Source of the DNA: Pseudomonadota bacterium
GTDB taxonomy: Bacteria; Pseudomonadota; Gammaproteobacteria; Steroidobacterales; Woeseiaceae
Assembly: GCA_022574185.1 (NCBI GenBank)
Contig: JACZSM010000007.1
Span: 1,307 to 65,306 of the forward strand
Direction of reading: 5' to 3'
DNA: 64,000 bases
The translations under genes were made by a program, and so were the position numbers. Below are positions 37,086 to 48,394 of the stretch, in pieces; positions within the stretch are counted from its first letter, which is position 1; the number at the start of each line of letters is the position of its first letter. The notes beneath the pieces are model-generated. The model did not search any database and had not been told where the DNA came from. It saw nothing but the letters and a program-made list of their open reading frames with translations.

Positions 37086-37739
37086 TTAGCTGAAGTCTCG
37101 AATGATGGGTTCGTCGAGGTGTTCGCCGTCGAGCCAGGCGGCGTCGTCGTGGTACGCCAGTCGCCCGTTTGCGAACCAGTTTGCGGCCTGCGGATAGATC
37201 TGGTGCTCGATCGCCTGTACGCGCGTTGCGAGTTCGTCGGCGGATTCATCGGTATCGACGGTGAGTCTCCCCTGCAGGATTCGTGGCCCGGCATCGAGAT
37301 CATCGGTCACGAAGTGCACAGTGCTGCCGTGCCAGGTGTCGCCGGAATCGAGTACGCGCTGGTGTGTGTCCAGTCCCGGAAACGCCGGCAGCAGCGCCGG
37401 GTGAATATTGAGAATCCGGCCTGCGTAATGGTTCACGAACCACGGACTGAGGATGCGCATATAACCTGCGAGGAGCAACAGCTCGGGTTCGGCTTTGTCG
37501 AGCATCTGCGCCACGGCGCGATCAAATGACTGGCGGTCAGCGTAGTCACGGTGTTCGATGCAAGCCGTTGCAATTCCTGCGTCCCGCGCTCGAGTGAGCC
37601 CGTAGGCGTTGGCTCGGTTGGTAAATACTATCGAAAGACTCAGTTCGAGTTCGCCGCTGGCGACATCGTCTATGAAGGATTGCAGGTTTGTACCCGATCC
37701 TGATATCAGGATTGCGGTATTGCACGATTTCGAACTCAA
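37086..37739 (-). CDS. purN: Phosphoribosylglycinamide formyltransferase
   Basis: Motifs [29 protein letters not shown] and HGSTVHFV. The TTG start overlaps the purM stop. The track start at 37871 lies inside purM. Confidence 0.9.
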   Translation of the reverse strand: MSSKSCNTAILISGSGTNLQSFIDDVASGELELSLSIVFTNRANAYGLTRARDAGIATACIEHRDYADRQSFDRAVAQMLDKAEPELLLLAGYMRILSPWFVNHYAGRILNIHPALLPAFPGLDTHQRVLDSGDTWHGSTVHFVTDDLDAGPRILQGRLTVDTDESADELATRVQAIEHQIYPQAANWFANGRLAYHDDAAWLDGEHLDEPIIRDFS

Positions 37740-38755
37740 AGAAATTGCACCTGCCCGACGCCGGTTGTGATTTGGCCAAGGTGCCAGGCGTCTTCGCCCT
37801 GATCTTTGAGGATTGCGAGCGCGGTGGCGACGTCGGTTTTCCTGGTCACGGCAATCATGCCGATGCCGCAATTGAATGTACGACGCATTTCATCCACCTC
37901 GATATTGCCGTGTCTGGCGAGCCACTCAAATACCGCGCTTTGTTGCCAGCTCGAGGTATCGACCTGCGCTTGCAGGCCGTCAGGAATAATGCGTGGCAGA
38001 TTTTCGCTGATGCCGCCACCGGTAATGTGCGCGATGCCTTTGACGGTGACCGCGCTTATTAGCGCAAGCATCGCTTTAACGTAGATGCGTGTTGGGTCGA
38101 GCAGGACATCGTGTGCGGGCCGTCCGTCAATCTCGGTGGCACCTGCGATTTCAAGGACTTTGCGAATCAGCGAGAAACCGTTCGAGTGCGGGCCGCTCGA
38201 GGCAATGCCTATCAGCGCGTCGCCCGCAGCGATAGTGCTACCGTCGATCAAGTCCGACCGTTCTACCGCGCCGACACAAAATCCTGCAAGGTCGTAGTCG
38301 CCATCGGCATACATATCGGGCATCTCAGCCGTTTCACCACCGATCAGCGCGGCCCCTGCCTGTGAACAACCTTCGGCAATACCACTGATGACGTCAGCGG
38401 CGACGTCGATATCGAGCTTCCCGCAGGCGAAATAATCGAGGAAAAACAAGGGCTCAGCACCTTGGACGATCACATCATTGACGCACATCGCAACCAGATC
38501 GATGCCGATGGTGTCGTGTCGATGCAGATGCTGTGCAAGCATCAGTTTGGTACCGACGCCGTCAGTGCCGGACACCAGAACGGGCTCGCGGTAACGCTCC
38601 GGGGACAGGGCAAAAAGACCACCGAATCCTCCAAGGCCTGCGAGCACCTCAGGTCGCATCGTGCGCTGCACCAATGGCTTGATTCGCTCGACAAAGGTAT
38701 TGCCGGCATCGATGTTGACTCCGGCGTCTCTATAGGTCATGGGTTTCGTGGGCAT
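37736..38755 (-). CDS. purM: Phosphoribosylformylglycinamidine cyclo-ligase
   Basis: [21 protein letters not shown] and further AIR synthase motifs. The start is set at ATG 38755, preceded by GAGG. Confidence 0.95.
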   Translation of the reverse strand: MPTKPMTYRDAGVNIDAGNTFVERIKPLVQRTMRPEVLAGLGGFGGLFALSPERYREPVLVSGTDGVGTKLMLAQHLHRHDTIGIDLVAMCVNDVIVQGAEPLFFLDYFACGKLDIDVAADVISGIAEGCSQAGAALIGGETAEMPDMYADGDYDLAGFCVGAVERSDLIDGSTIAAGDALIGIASSGPHSNGFSLIRKVLEIAGATEIDGRPAHDVLLDPTRIYVKAMLALISAVTVKGIAHITGGGISENLPRIIPDGLQAQVDTSSWQQSAVFEWLARHGNIEVDEMRRTFNCGIGMIAVTRKTDVATALAILKDQGEDAWHLGQITTGVGQVQFL

Positions 38756-38823
38756 CGGGCCTCGCAAGAAAAAGTGCTATCGGCTGCGCTCGAAATCAGC
38801 GATATAATAGTGCCTGGACACAG

Positions 38824-39948
38824 ATGGGGAAAGTATCCTTGCTGAAAATTCGATTTACTGCATCGTCCGCTGTTGCAACTCATCGGGCTGCGTGGATTCT
38901 GGCGATCCTGGTTCCGGCATGCCTGATTGTTTCGGCAGACCCGGCGCATGGAGTAGAGGTACCTTCGTTGTACACGGCGCAGGTGGCGCTTGACCAGGAA
39001 GAGGATGATCCGCGTGCATCCGCATACGAAACCGCACTCGCCGATGTGCTGCTGCGTGTATCGGGGTCCGAACTCAGCGCAGATCCCGAGATGATCGAAT
39101 TGCTGTTTCCGGATCCGGCTGCCTATGTTGTGCAATTTCGATCGGGCGTTGACGATACTTTATGGGTGTCATTCGACGGCCGCGCGATCGAGAATACGTT
39201 GCGACAAGCCGGCCAGACGGTGTGGGACAGTGATCGGCCGCTGACCCTGATCTGGATTGCCGTAGACTGGGGGCGGGGTGAACGTGAAATCATTGCTGCC
39301 AATGATCCGCACCGCAGTCGTGATGCGGCACGCTCCATCGACCGCAATCGTTTGTTGCGCCAGCGCGTTCTCGATGTCGCTGAGCGCCGCGGCCTGCCCG
39401 TCATGTTTCCGTTACTCGATACGGATGACCTGCAAAACATCAGCTTCAGTGATATCTGGGGTGGTTTCGATGCGCAGGTGCTCGAGGCATCGAAGCGTTA
39501 CAACGCGAGTTCGATCCTAATTGGACGAGTTCGAGCGGCGTCAGGTCAGGGTAGTCGCTGGAGTTACTACTTCAGTGGCGCAAAACGCAGCTGGATCGGT
39601 GAACCCGAACTGGTTGTCAGACTGGTCGCGGATATGCTGGCGGCAGAATTCGCGATCAGTGGCAATACGCTGCTCGAATCGATTGAGCTCAGTGTTGGTG
39701 GCATAGATTCGGTAGCGGCCTATGGAGCCGTGCAGAATTTGCTCTCGGGCATGAGTGTTATCGAGAGTTTTTCGATCACCGAGGTTCTCGGCGACGAGAT
39801 TCGCTATCGTGTCGAAACGCACGGCGGTGCCGAGAGATTGCGCAGAGCATTGCGGTTTAACGGATTGATCGAGCAAGATAGATTTGATGACGATCGATTT
39901 TCATTCGACAGGATGAATGCATCGCTGAACTTTTTTTACAACCCCTAA
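38824..39948 (+). CDS. Secreted/periplasmic protein of unknown function (DUF2066-like by position and composition)
   Basis: 374 aa with an N-terminal hydrophobic signal/anchor (AAWILAILVPACLIVSA). It is divergent from purM, the position this family occupies in pseudomonads. The assignment is by recollection only. Confidence 0.45.
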   Translation: MGKVSLLKIRFTASSAVATHRAAWILAILVPACLIVSADPAHGVEVPSLYTAQVALDQEEDDPRASAYETALADVLLRVSGSELSADPEMIELLFPDPAAYVVQFRSGVDDTLWVSFDGRAIENTLRQAGQTVWDSDRPLTLIWIAVDWGRGEREIIAANDPHRSRDAARSIDRNRLLRQRVLDVAERRGLPVMFPLLDTDDLQNISFSDIWGGFDAQVLEASKRYNASSILIGRVRAASGQGSRWSYYFSGAKRSWIGEPELVVRLVADMLAAEFAISGNTLLESIELSVGGIDSVAAYGAVQNLLSGMSVIESFSITEVLGDEIRYRVETHGGAERLRRALRFNGLIEQDRFDDDRFSFDRMNASLNFFYNP

Positions 39949-39974
39949 AAACTAACAAAAGTAGTTACCGATTG

Positions 39975-40520
39975 ATGTCCTTACGCTGGTTACCAAACGC
40001 TGTTTCGCTACTGCGCATTGCACTGATCTTCCCGATTCTGGTGCTATTCATAAATGACGAATTCGGCTGGGCGCTGGGGTTGTTCCTGGTCGCCGGCCTG
40101 TCCGATGGCGTTGATGGTTATCTTGCGAAGCGATTCAACTGGCATTCGCGCCTCGGCGCCTTCCTCGACCCGGCCGGCGACAAACTGCTCGTCGCCTGGA
40201 CGTTTGGAACACTTGCGTATCTGCACTACATCCCGGTATGGCTCGCCGTTATTGTGATCGCACGTGACGTTATCATTGTCGCGGGTTCATTTATCTACCA
40301 TTACCTGGTCAGGCGCCTTGAAGGGGAGCCAACCCGGATTAGCAAGCTCAACACGGGGCTGGAATTTGTTTTTCTCGTATTTGTGCTCTCTCGCGCCGGC
40401 TACGATTGGCCGGACAGCATCACGATTATCGTGCTGGGTGCGTCGGTGCTTGTGACCGTCGTCATCAGCGGCTATGACTATGTGTCAAATTGGATTCGAA
40501 GCGCCAGCGCTGGAGGCTGA
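39975..40520 (+). CDS. CDP-alcohol phosphatidyltransferase family protein
   Basis: Motif DGVDGYLAKRFNWHSRLGAFLDPAGDKLL (D-G-x2-A-R...G-x3-D-x3-D) in a multi-TM, 181-aa protein. Confidence 0.75.
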   Translation: MSLRWLPNAVSLLRIALIFPILVLFINDEFGWALGLFLVAGLSDGVDGYLAKRFNWHSRLGAFLDPAGDKLLVAWTFGTLAYLHYIPVWLAVIVIARDVIIVAGSFIYHYLVRRLEGEPTRISKLNTGLEFVFLVFVLSRAGYDWPDSITIIVLGASVLVTVVISGYDYVSNWIRSASAGG

Positions 40521-40523
40521 TCG

Positions 40524-41594
40524 ATGAATAGCGATTTACGTCTTAACTGGCTTGTTGCCATCGCCCTGACAGGCTGGCTTTTCTACTTGCTGGCACCTGT
40601 CCTGACGCCTTTCATCGCGGCGGCTTTGCTTGCCTATATTGGTGATCCACTCGCTGACCGACTGCAACGTCTCAAAATGCCGCGCACCTTGGCTGTTGTC
40701 GCTGTGTTCTTGCTCACGTTCGTCGTGCTTGGACTGCTCGTGATCCTGGTTGGCCCCCTGATCCGCACTCAGGTTGCGGCGCTTCTCGAGGCATTGCCTG
40801 GCATCGTGCAGCAGGTCGAGCGGGTCTGGTTGCCGAGCTTGATGGATATGCTCAATATCGAAGCAGCTGACGATATTGGAATCGGTGCGTTTCTTGCTCG
40901 CTATAGCGACATGGCCGGCAGCTGGGGTGCGGCCGTTCTGTTGTCGGTTACGAAGTCTGGTGGCGCATTGGCGGCCGCTGTTCTGAGTTTGTTTCTCATC
41001 CCGATTCTGACTTTTTATCTGTTGCGCGACTGGGACTCGATCATGGCGCATTTGAGCGCACTGATTCCTGCGCGCCAGCGTTCGATCGTGGTTACGCTTG
41101 CACGCGAAACGGATGAGGTACTCGGCGCCTTCCTGCGTGGGCAATTGCTGGTGATGCTTGCGTTGGCAGTGATTTATGCGACTGGTCTCAGCATCGTCGG
41201 TCTCAAGTTTGCTATCGCCATCGGCGTTGTGTCTGGCCTGGTCAGTTTTATCCCCTACCTGGGATTCGTATTCGGTATCGTCCTCGCAGCATTGACGGTG
41301 GCGCTCGAGCCGAATCCGTTATGGCTGATGGGCGGTGTGATTGCGACGTTCACGATTGCACAGCTAATCGAAGGTTCGCTGCTAACGCCGAAGCTCGTTG
41401 GTGATCGAATCGGACTGCATCCAGTCATTATCATTTTCGCGATCGCCGCGGGCGGACAATTATTTGGGTTCTTCGGCATTTTGCTCGCACTGCCTGCTGC
41501 GGCAGTCCTCTCGGTCCTCGTACGATTCGCCTATAAGCGCTATCTGACCGAAAACACGGAAATCGTTGTCGAGCATGGCGCTGACGACAGTTAG
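40524..41594 (+). CDS. AI-2E family transporter (PerM-like)
   Basis: 356-aa polytopic membrane protein with about 8 TM helices. It sits upstream of hda as in pseudomonads. Confidence 0.7.
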   Translation: MNSDLRLNWLVAIALTGWLFYLLAPVLTPFIAAALLAYIGDPLADRLQRLKMPRTLAVVAVFLLTFVVLGLLVILVGPLIRTQVAALLEALPGIVQQVERVWLPSLMDMLNIEAADDIGIGAFLARYSDMAGSWGAAVLLSVTKSGGALAAAVLSLFLIPILTFYLLRDWDSIMAHLSALIPARQRSIVVTLARETDEVLGAFLRGQLLVMLALAVIYATGLSIVGLKFAIAIGVVSGLVSFIPYLGFVFGIVLAALTVALEPNPLWLMGGVIATFTIAQLIEGSLLTPKLVGDRIGLHPVIIIFAIAAGGQLFGFFGILLALPAAAVLSVLVRFAYKRYLTENTEIVVEHGADDS

Positions 41595-41612
41595 ATCACG
41601 AGAATTCAGGTT

Positions 41613-42296
41613 TTGAGTCAACTGGCATTGCCATTGCGCCTCGCCGATCACGCGGTGTTTTCGAGCTTTTTCAGCGCCGGAAACGAGGCTCTCGTGGCAA
41701 CGCTGAGCGCATTGGCGGACGGTACGAGTGATGCGGGTTGCTGGCTCTGGGGACCGCCGTCAACGGGCAAGACGCATCTGCTGCAGGCCGTGTGTGATCG
41801 GGCTGGTGATCAGTCGGTTTATGTGCCGCTGGCCCAGTTCGCCGACGCAGATCCGCAGGTGCTTGATGGACTCGCGAGTCGCAATCTGGTCTGCATCGAC
41901 GATATCGGCCTTGTTGCTGGCGATGCAGACTGGGAGCACGCGCTGTTCGTCCTGTGCAACCAGATTCTCGACGCTGATGGACGATTAGTGGTCACGGCAG
42001 CGGCACCACCCCGTGCGTCGAAGATTCTGCTCGCCGATCTCAGAAGCCGGCTGTCGCGCCTGCCGATTTTTCAGTTACAAGCTCTGGGCGAAAACGAGCG
42101 TGCAGCAGCATTGCAATTGCGGGCCCGGCATCGTGGGCTGGATTTACCCAACGAGACAGCGCGTTATTTGCTGACCCGTAGCCGCCGTGACATGACAAGC
42201 CTGTACAGCCTGCTCGACAAGCTTGACGATGAGGCACTGCGGGCACAGCGGCGCCTGACCATTCCCTTCGTCAAAAGCGTCATGCAAGAACTGTAG
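41613..42296 (+). CDS. hda: DnaA regulatory inactivator Hda
   Basis: QLALPLRL N-terminus, Walker A GPPSTGKTHLL and a DnaA-domain-III-like body. 227 aa with a TTG start. Confidence 0.85.
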   Translation: MSQLALPLRLADHAVFSSFFSAGNEALVATLSALADGTSDAGCWLWGPPSTGKTHLLQAVCDRAGDQSVYVPLAQFADADPQVLDGLASRNLVCIDDIGLVAGDADWEHALFVLCNQILDADGRLVVTAAAPPRASKILLADLRSRLSRLPIFQLQALGENERAAALQLRARHRGLDLPNETARYLLTRSRRDMTSLYSLLDKLDDEALRAQRRLTIPFVKSVMQEL

Positions 42297-42337
42297 GAGT
42301 GCGCTCCGGGCAAGCGGGATCGAGACATGCGGGCGAT
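42294..42337 (+). repeat. REP-like intergenic repeat, copy B (27-nt exact core 42311-42337)
   Basis: It shares the 27-mer with copy A. It starts at the hda stop codon within the head motif CTGTAGGAG. That motif also occurs at 36894-36902. Confidence 0.7.
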
Positions 42338-42361
42338 AGCCCCCCCTGCGGGGGCCTATCG

Positions 42362-42362
<1 letters not shown>
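42333..42362. terminator. Long GC hairpin between convergent hda and wrbA
   Basis: A 13-bp stem with one mismatch, GCGATAGCCCCCC / GGGGGCCTATCGC, and loop CTGC. It touches the wrbA stop codon. There is no clear U-run. Confidence 0.4.
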
Positions 42363-43311
<949 letters not shown>

Positions 43312-43455
43312 GCGGTTTTCGCAAGGAATGTGGTGTCGGCAACCGGGGGCGAACTCTAGCAGGCTCGGGCGCGGGCGTCAGCGGCCGCAGGACTGCTTGA
43401 CGGCACAGGTACGCAATTGGTAACTTTCACCGGATACCTGATAAATAGAATAATA

Positions 43456-43767
43456 ATGCGTTCACCTAAATTGTCATACATCCTGCGAGGTGCACTGCTT
43501 TCGGCATTGCTGATCGTCGTCGGTTGCCAGACGGCGCCCGTACAGGAAATGAGCGATGCGCGACAGGCGATATCGGTAGCCAAGGAGGCAGGCGCGGCTG
43601 AATTGGCAGCTGATGCCCTCAAGGCGGCCGTCGATTACTTGCAAAGTGCCGAGCACTACCTCAAACAACGCGAGTACAAATTCGCGCGCCACGACGCCGA
43701 ACAGGCCAAGATGAAAGCGCTTGAAGCACTGCAGCGCAGCGCAAGCGACAGGGAAGACATCCTTTAA
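43456..43767 (+). CDS. Small lipoprotein (DUF4398-like helical protein)
   Basis: MRSPKLSYILRGALLSALLIVVGC lipobox, then a helical Ala/Glu/Lys-rich segment. Confidence 0.5.
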   Translation: MRSPKLSYILRGALLSALLIVVGCQTAPVQEMSDARQAISVAKEAGAAELAADALKAAVDYLQSAEHYLKQREYKFARHDAEQAKMKALEALQRSASDREDIL

Positions 43768-43812
43768 GTCCTGGTACTCCATCAAAATCACCTTGACGGA
43801 GTAGAAGCCCCG

Positions 43813-44082
43813 ATGCCCAGTGCTCGCCGATTCACGATCAAAGGCCGTGTTCAGGGCGTGTTTTTTCGCGACAGCACACGTCGCGTTGCAGAATCTCTGG
43901 ATATCAAAGGCTACGCCATCAATCTCAGTGGCGGCGATGTTGAAGTCTTTGCTTGCGGTGACGAATCGGCGCTCGACGAACTGGCGTCCTGGTTGGAGCA
44001 TGGACCACCGATGGCATCGGTGACCAAGGTGATGGCGGCAGCGGCCGAATGGCGGCGTCTGGAGAGCTTTCGCTCGGGTTAG
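43813..44082 (+). CDS. acyP: Acylphosphatase
   Basis: 89 aa: GRVQGVFFRDSTRRVA...GYAINLSGGDVEV...L..WLEHGPP. Confidence 0.85.
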   Translation: MPSARRFTIKGRVQGVFFRDSTRRVAESLDIKGYAINLSGGDVEVFACGDESALDELASWLEHGPPMASVTKVMAAAAEWRRLESFRSG

Positions 44083-44654
44083 CTCTGAAACCACTTCTTG
44101 GTGAGCTTATCAATGACCAGGTTTGGGTAGGCACGTTGTCCGAGACTGCCGTTGTAACGCCCAAGTGCCCTGCGCAGATCGCCTTTTTCTTTATCGAGAT
44201 AAAACTTCAGTATCGTGCAGCCATAGCGGAGATTAGTCTCAGCATGTATCAGGTTGTCGCCTGGTCTACCGATCTCATTGCGCCAGAACGGCATAACCTG
44301 CATCAAGCCAAGCGCGCCCGCCACCGATACCGCGTAGCGATCAAAATTGCTCTCCACCTCGATAACAGCGAGCACGAGTTCGGGCTCAAGGCCCGCACGC
44401 GCTGCCTCGGCGTGCACCAGTGTGAGGATCTTCATGCGTTCATCGTCATCGCGCACCTGGCGTGCGAGGCGCGCGGACATATCAGTCAGCCACACCACAG
44501 CGTCAAAACGATCATCGAAACTGGTGGCGGAACCGGCAGCCTCACGGAGGATTTCACGGAGTTCGGGATCGGGCTGCTGGTCGGCCAGAAGCGCGCCCGG
44601 CGCGAGGAGAAGCGTCAGGATGCAAGCGATTATGTGTCTGCGTCCGAAAATCAT
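44079..44654 (-). CDS. Lytic transglycosylase (SLT domain)
   Basis: Signal peptide followed by the catalytic motif AVIEVESNFDRYAVSVAGALGLMQVM. Confidence 0.8.
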   Translation of the reverse strand: MIFGRRHIIACILTLLLAPGALLADQQPDPELREILREAAGSATSFDDRFDAVVWLTDMSARLARQVRDDDERMKILTLVHAEAARAGLEPELVLAVIEVESNFDRYAVSVAGALGLMQVMPFWRNEIGRPGDNLIHAETNLRYGCTILKFYLDKEKGDLRRALGRYNGSLGQRAYPNLVIDKLTKKWFQS

Positions 44655-44677
44655 AACTGCGATATATTATAATAATA

Positions 44678-46387
44678 TTAGTAGTTTATAGAGGACTTTT
44701 GAAGTAAATTGAGAATGGCATCACGTTTCAGGACGCGTGAGTCCTCGTCGCGACGGTGACGATACTCGAGTTCGTCGGCGGCCAGGTTGCGTTCTGAAAC
44801 AACGAGTCGATGCGGGATACCAATTAGTTCGGCATCTGCGAACTTGACACCGGGCCGCACGTCGCGATCGTCGAATAACACCTCCAGTCCCTGGTCCTGC
44901 AGTTCCTGGTACAGGCTTTCGGCTGCCTCACGCACCGTGTCGGAGCGATGCATGTTAATCGGCACGAGCACGACATCGAACGGTGCCAGCGGTGCCGGCC
45001 ATATGATGCCCCGGTCATCGTGGTTTTGCTCGATTGCGGCGGCAACAATGCGTGTAATGCCGATGCCATAACATCCCATCGATAGCGCACGATCGTTGCC
45101 GTCGCTGTCCTGCACGGTTGCGTTCATGGCGCGGCTGTACTTGTCACCAAGCTGGAAAATGTGACCGACCTCAATGCCGCGCGCGATACTCAACGTGCCC
45201 TTGCCGCCGGGCACGGGATCTCCTGCAACGACATTGCGAATGTCGACAGTTTCGGCAGCATCCAGGTCACGCCCGAAATTGGTTCCCGTGAAATGCATAT
45301 CCACCGCATTCGCGCCACAGATAAAATCTGCCATCGTGGCCGTTGCATGGTCATAGAACACGGGAATATCAAGCCCGATCGGCCCGGCGAATCCGGGCTC
45401 GCATCCTGTCACCTTGCTGACCGTATCGGCATCGGCCATTTTCAACGGCGAGGCAACGCCGGCGATCTTTTGTGCCTTTACGGCGTTGAGTTCGTGGTCA
45501 CCACGTAAAGCAAGTGCAACGGGCCCATCGGTGCCTTCGACAATCAGGGTCTTGAGTGTTTGCCTGGCAGAAATCTTCAGTAGCTCGCAGAGAGACTCGA
45601 TCGTTCGCGCGCCGGGCGTTTCGACTTTACTGAGTTCCTGCGCAGCAATCGGCCGATCCCCGTCAGGTACTTGCGTCGCCGCGGTCTCGATGTTTGATGC
45701 GTAATCGTCTGCGTCAGAGTAGGCGATGGCATCTTCGCCGGAGTCGGCGAGCACGTGGAATTCCTGCGATTTGCTGCCACCAATGTCGCCACTGTCGGCC
45801 CAGACGATTCTGAACTTCAGCCCCAGTCTGGTGAATATCGCAGTATAGGCGACGTGCATTTTCTGGTACGAGGCCTCCAGACCTTCGGCATCGATATCGA
45901 AGGAATAAGCATCCTTCATAATAAACTCGCGCGACCGCATGACACCGAATCGCGGTCGGATCTCATCGCGAAACTTGGTCTGTATCTGATAAAAATTGAC
46001 CGGTAACTGTTTGTAGCTGCGCAATTCGCGGCGGGCGATATCCGTAATGACCTCTTCGTGCGTTGGGCCGAAGCAAAATTCACGTTGATGCCGGTCAATC
46101 ATGCGTAATAGCAGCGGTCCGTACTGCTCCCAGCGACCTGTTTCCTGCCACAGTTCGGCAGGTTGTACGGCTGGCATCAGCAGTTCGAGTGCGCCGGCAC
46201 GGTCCATTTCTTCGCGCACGACGGCCTCGACCCGGCGCAGCACTCGCAATCCCAGCGGCATCCATGTGAATAAGCCCGAGGCGAGACGCCGGATCAATCC
46301 GGCTCGAAGCATAAGCTGGTGGCTGACGATCTCTGCTTCTGCGGGAACTTCCTTGAGCGTCGTCAGCCCGAATTCTGAATATCGCAT
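44678..46387 (-). CDS. proS: Proline--tRNA ligase
   Basis: [42 protein letters not shown], class II motifs and an editing domain. The start is trimmed to ATG 46387. Confidence 0.95.
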   Translation of the reverse strand: MRYSEFGLTTLKEVPAEAEIVSHQLMLRAGLIRRLASGLFTWMPLGLRVLRRVEAVVREEMDRAGALELLMPAVQPAELWQETGRWEQYGPLLLRMIDRHQREFCFGPTHEEVITDIARRELRSYKQLPVNFYQIQTKFRDEIRPRFGVMRSREFIMKDAYSFDIDAEGLEASYQKMHVAYTAIFTRLGLKFRIVWADSGDIGGSKSQEFHVLADSGEDAIAYSDADDYASNIETAATQVPDGDRPIAAQELSKVETPGARTIESLCELLKISARQTLKTLIVEGTDGPVALALRGDHELNAVKAQKIAGVASPLKMADADTVSKVTGCEPGFAGPIGLDIPVFYDHATATMADFICGANAVDMHFTGTNFGRDLDAAETVDIRNVVAGDPVPGGKGTLSIARGIEVGHIFQLGDKYSRAMNATVQDSDGNDRALSMGCYGIGITRIVAAAIEQNHDDRGIIWPAPLAPFDVVLVPINMHRSDTVREAAESLYQELQDQGLEVLFDDRDVRPGVKFADAELIGIPHRLVVSERNLAADELEYRHRRDEDSRVLKRDAILNLLQKSSINY

Positions 46388-46524
46388 TGAGTAACACACC
46401 CGAACCCGTGTGGCGCAGATTCTAGAGCATAAATCGCTTAAATTGTTGGCTGATGTGAACGCGTGTATTGACTCTGACGCCAAAGCAAGGGATTGTCGCC
46501 GCTGTTTGAGTCTGAGTTGGTCCG

Positions 46525-47151
46525 TTGGAAGGCAGGCGAAATCTGTTTGTTGCCCGCGAGGGTATTCCATTTCTGCTCCTGTGCGCAGTCGGCTTCGGGC
46601 TGTCGATGCAGTTCGTCAATTTCGTCCTTGCGGTCATTTCGATCATGATGGCCGGCGTTTTCTATCTCGTGTTTCGCGATCCACGGCGTGATATCCCTGC
46701 GTCGCCTCTGGGAGTCGTCAGTCCCGTCGACGGCGTGGTTGTCGACATCGATCTGACAGACAAGGGCGTGATGCAGGGGGAGGCGCATGTCGTGCGCATT
46801 CGCATTGACAGCCTGGGCACCTACACAGCGCGTGCGCCGGTCGAAGGCAAAATCATGGATCTGCAGTCAATCAACGGTGATCGGGTTGTCGATTACCGCA
46901 CCAATGCCCTTTGGCTGCAGACCGATGAAGGCGACGACGTTGTACTGCAATTTCACGGCTACCGTTTTGGGCTCGCGCCGATGTCATTTGTGCGCTTCGG
47001 CGAGCGGGTAGGCCAGGGTCAGCGATGTGCTTATCTGCGCCTGACGAGATTCGCCGAAGTGCATCTGCCGGTCGAGAGCAAGATTCTCGTCAAGCCGGGC
47101 CAGACAATTGCCGCAGGCAGTGATCTGATCGGCAAATTGCCGCACGCTTGA
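46525..47151 (+). CDS. Phosphatidylserine decarboxylase-related protein (short membrane-anchored type, atypical)
   Basis: [10 protein letters not shown]-terminus, two TM helices, FRDPRRDIP and VVSPVDGVV motifs. No G-S-T self-cleavage motif is visible at the expected position. Confidence 0.55.
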   Translation: MEGRRNLFVAREGIPFLLLCAVGFGLSMQFVNFVLAVISIMMAGVFYLVFRDPRRDIPASPLGVVSPVDGVVVDIDLTDKGVMQGEAHVVRIRIDSLGTYTARAPVEGKIMDLQSINGDRVVDYRTNALWLQTDEGDDVVLQFHGYRFGLAPMSFVRFGERVGQGQRCAYLRLTRFAEVHLPVESKILVKPGQTIAAGSDLIGKLPHA

Positions 47152-47219
47152 GTGTAATGCGTCTGGCGGCGTGGCAGACTATTGACATGGTTAATGTGCG
47201 CTGACAAAGCGCGAGCAGG

Positions 47220-47906
47220 ATGATCGCGATGACCCCGACAGAACATCAACGACGTGCCTATCTCGAGGCACTGGGAATCGATGTCTGGTTGCCGCGGGAC
47301 GAGGCAGATCCAGTGGCCGATCTGGTTGACGATGACTCGGCGCCGGAAGCGATGGACTGGCCACAGCTTCGTGAAACGGTCAGATCGTGCACGCTTTGCC
47401 GGCTGCATGAGAGCCGCACGCAGACCGTATTCGGCGTAGGATCGTATGACGCCGACTGGATGATCATTGGCGAGGCCCCTGGGGCTGAGGAGGATCGTCG
47501 CGGTGAGCCCTTCGTCGGCAGAGCGGGCAAATTGCTCGATCAAATGTTGCGCGCTGTTGGGCAGCAGCGTGATAGCGTGTTTATCGCCAATATTCTCAAG
47601 TGCCGCCCGCCCAACAATCGCGACCCAAAACCAGACGAAGCAGCGCAGTGTCGAGGTTACCTGGAAAGGCAAATTGAACTCGTCAAACCCAAGATTATCC
47701 TCGCCGTGGGGCGAATTGCTGCACAAGTTTTGCTCGGTACCGATGCACCAGTTGGGCAGCTGCGCGGCACGCTGCACTACCTGGGAAAAACTCCGCTCGT
47801 TGTCACCTACCATCCAGCGTATCTGTTGCGCAGCCCGGCTCAAAAACGCAAGGCCTGGGATGATCTTTGTCTCGCAAGCCGTGTTGTGGCGGAAGCCGCC
47901 GCATGA
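47220..47906 (+). CDS. Uracil-DNA glycosylase, family 4
   Basis: [41 protein letters not shown] and TYHPAYLLR motifs. Confidence 0.85.
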   Translation: MIAMTPTEHQRRAYLEALGIDVWLPRDEADPVADLVDDDSAPEAMDWPQLRETVRSCTLCRLHESRTQTVFGVGSYDADWMIIGEAPGAEEDRRGEPFVGRAGKLLDQMLRAVGQQRDSVFIANILKCRPPNNRDPKPDEAAQCRGYLERQIELVKPKIILAVGRIAAQVLLGTDAPVGQLRGTLHYLGKTPLVVTYHPAYLLRSPAQKRKAWDDLCLASRVVAEAAA

Positions 47907-48382
47907 TCACGGCCATCCACGAGGCGCAAGTCGCGATACGGTCGATGCAGCATGATGATCTTGCAATTATTTCGGATATTGAGCGGCGCAGTTATGAATA
48001 TCCGTGGAGCCATGGCGTGTTTCGCGATTGTCTGCTTGCGGGATATAATTGCATCGTACTCGAGCGCGATGGTGAGGTGGTGGGCTATGGGATCCTGTCG
48101 GTCGCGGCAGGTGAGGCGCACATTCTGAATCTTTGCGTCGAACTTGATTTTCGTTCCATGGGCTACGGCGAGCGAATGCTCGACGAGATATTGTTTCGTG
48201 CGCGGACGTCGTCGGTGCGGGACATATTTCTTGAGGTTCGGCCGTCGAATAAAAATGCGCTGGCGCTGTACCGAAAGAAAGACTTTCACAAGGTCGCGAA
48301 TCGTCCGGCGTATTATCAGGCACAGAAAGGCCGCGAAGACGCGGACGTCCTGGTCAAGAAACTGACGACTGACGACCAGTAA
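47903..48382 (+). CDS. rimI: Ribosomal-protein-alanine N-acetyltransferase
   Basis: GNAT fold: ERRSYEYPWS and FRSMGYGERMLDE (R-x-x-G-x-G). The ATG overlaps the upstream stop (ATGA). Confidence 0.8.
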   Translation: MITAIHEAQVAIRSMQHDDLAIISDIERRSYEYPWSHGVFRDCLLAGYNCIVLERDGEVVGYGILSVAAGEAHILNLCVELDFRSMGYGERMLDEILFRARTSSVRDIFLEVRPSNKNALALYRKKDFHKVANRPAYYQAQKGREDADVLVKKLTTDDQ

Positions 48383-48394
48383 TACCAAAACACG

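Noticed and set aside
36857-37093. 78-aa ORF in the dcd-purN spacer.
   Set aside because: It lies entirely within REP-like repeat DNA. It is Arg/Gly-rich, has no Shine-Dalgarno sequence and runs into the purN stop.
43474-44094. 206-aa minus-strand ORF.
   Set aside because: It spans and is antisense to two short plus-strand genes (the DUF4398-like lipoprotein and acylphosphatase) that have recognisable signatures.
44655-44700. Very AT-rich 45-nt stretch (GATATATTATAATAATATTAG...) at the proS stop and lytic transglycosylase start.
   Set aside because: It is most simply the promoter (TATAAT on the minus strand) of the transglycosylase gene overlapping the end of proS. There is no repeat or insertion signature.
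46388-46570. 61-codon N-terminal extension of proS.
   Set aside because: ProRS family proteins start at MRYSEF-type sequences. The extension would consume the divergent promoter region.
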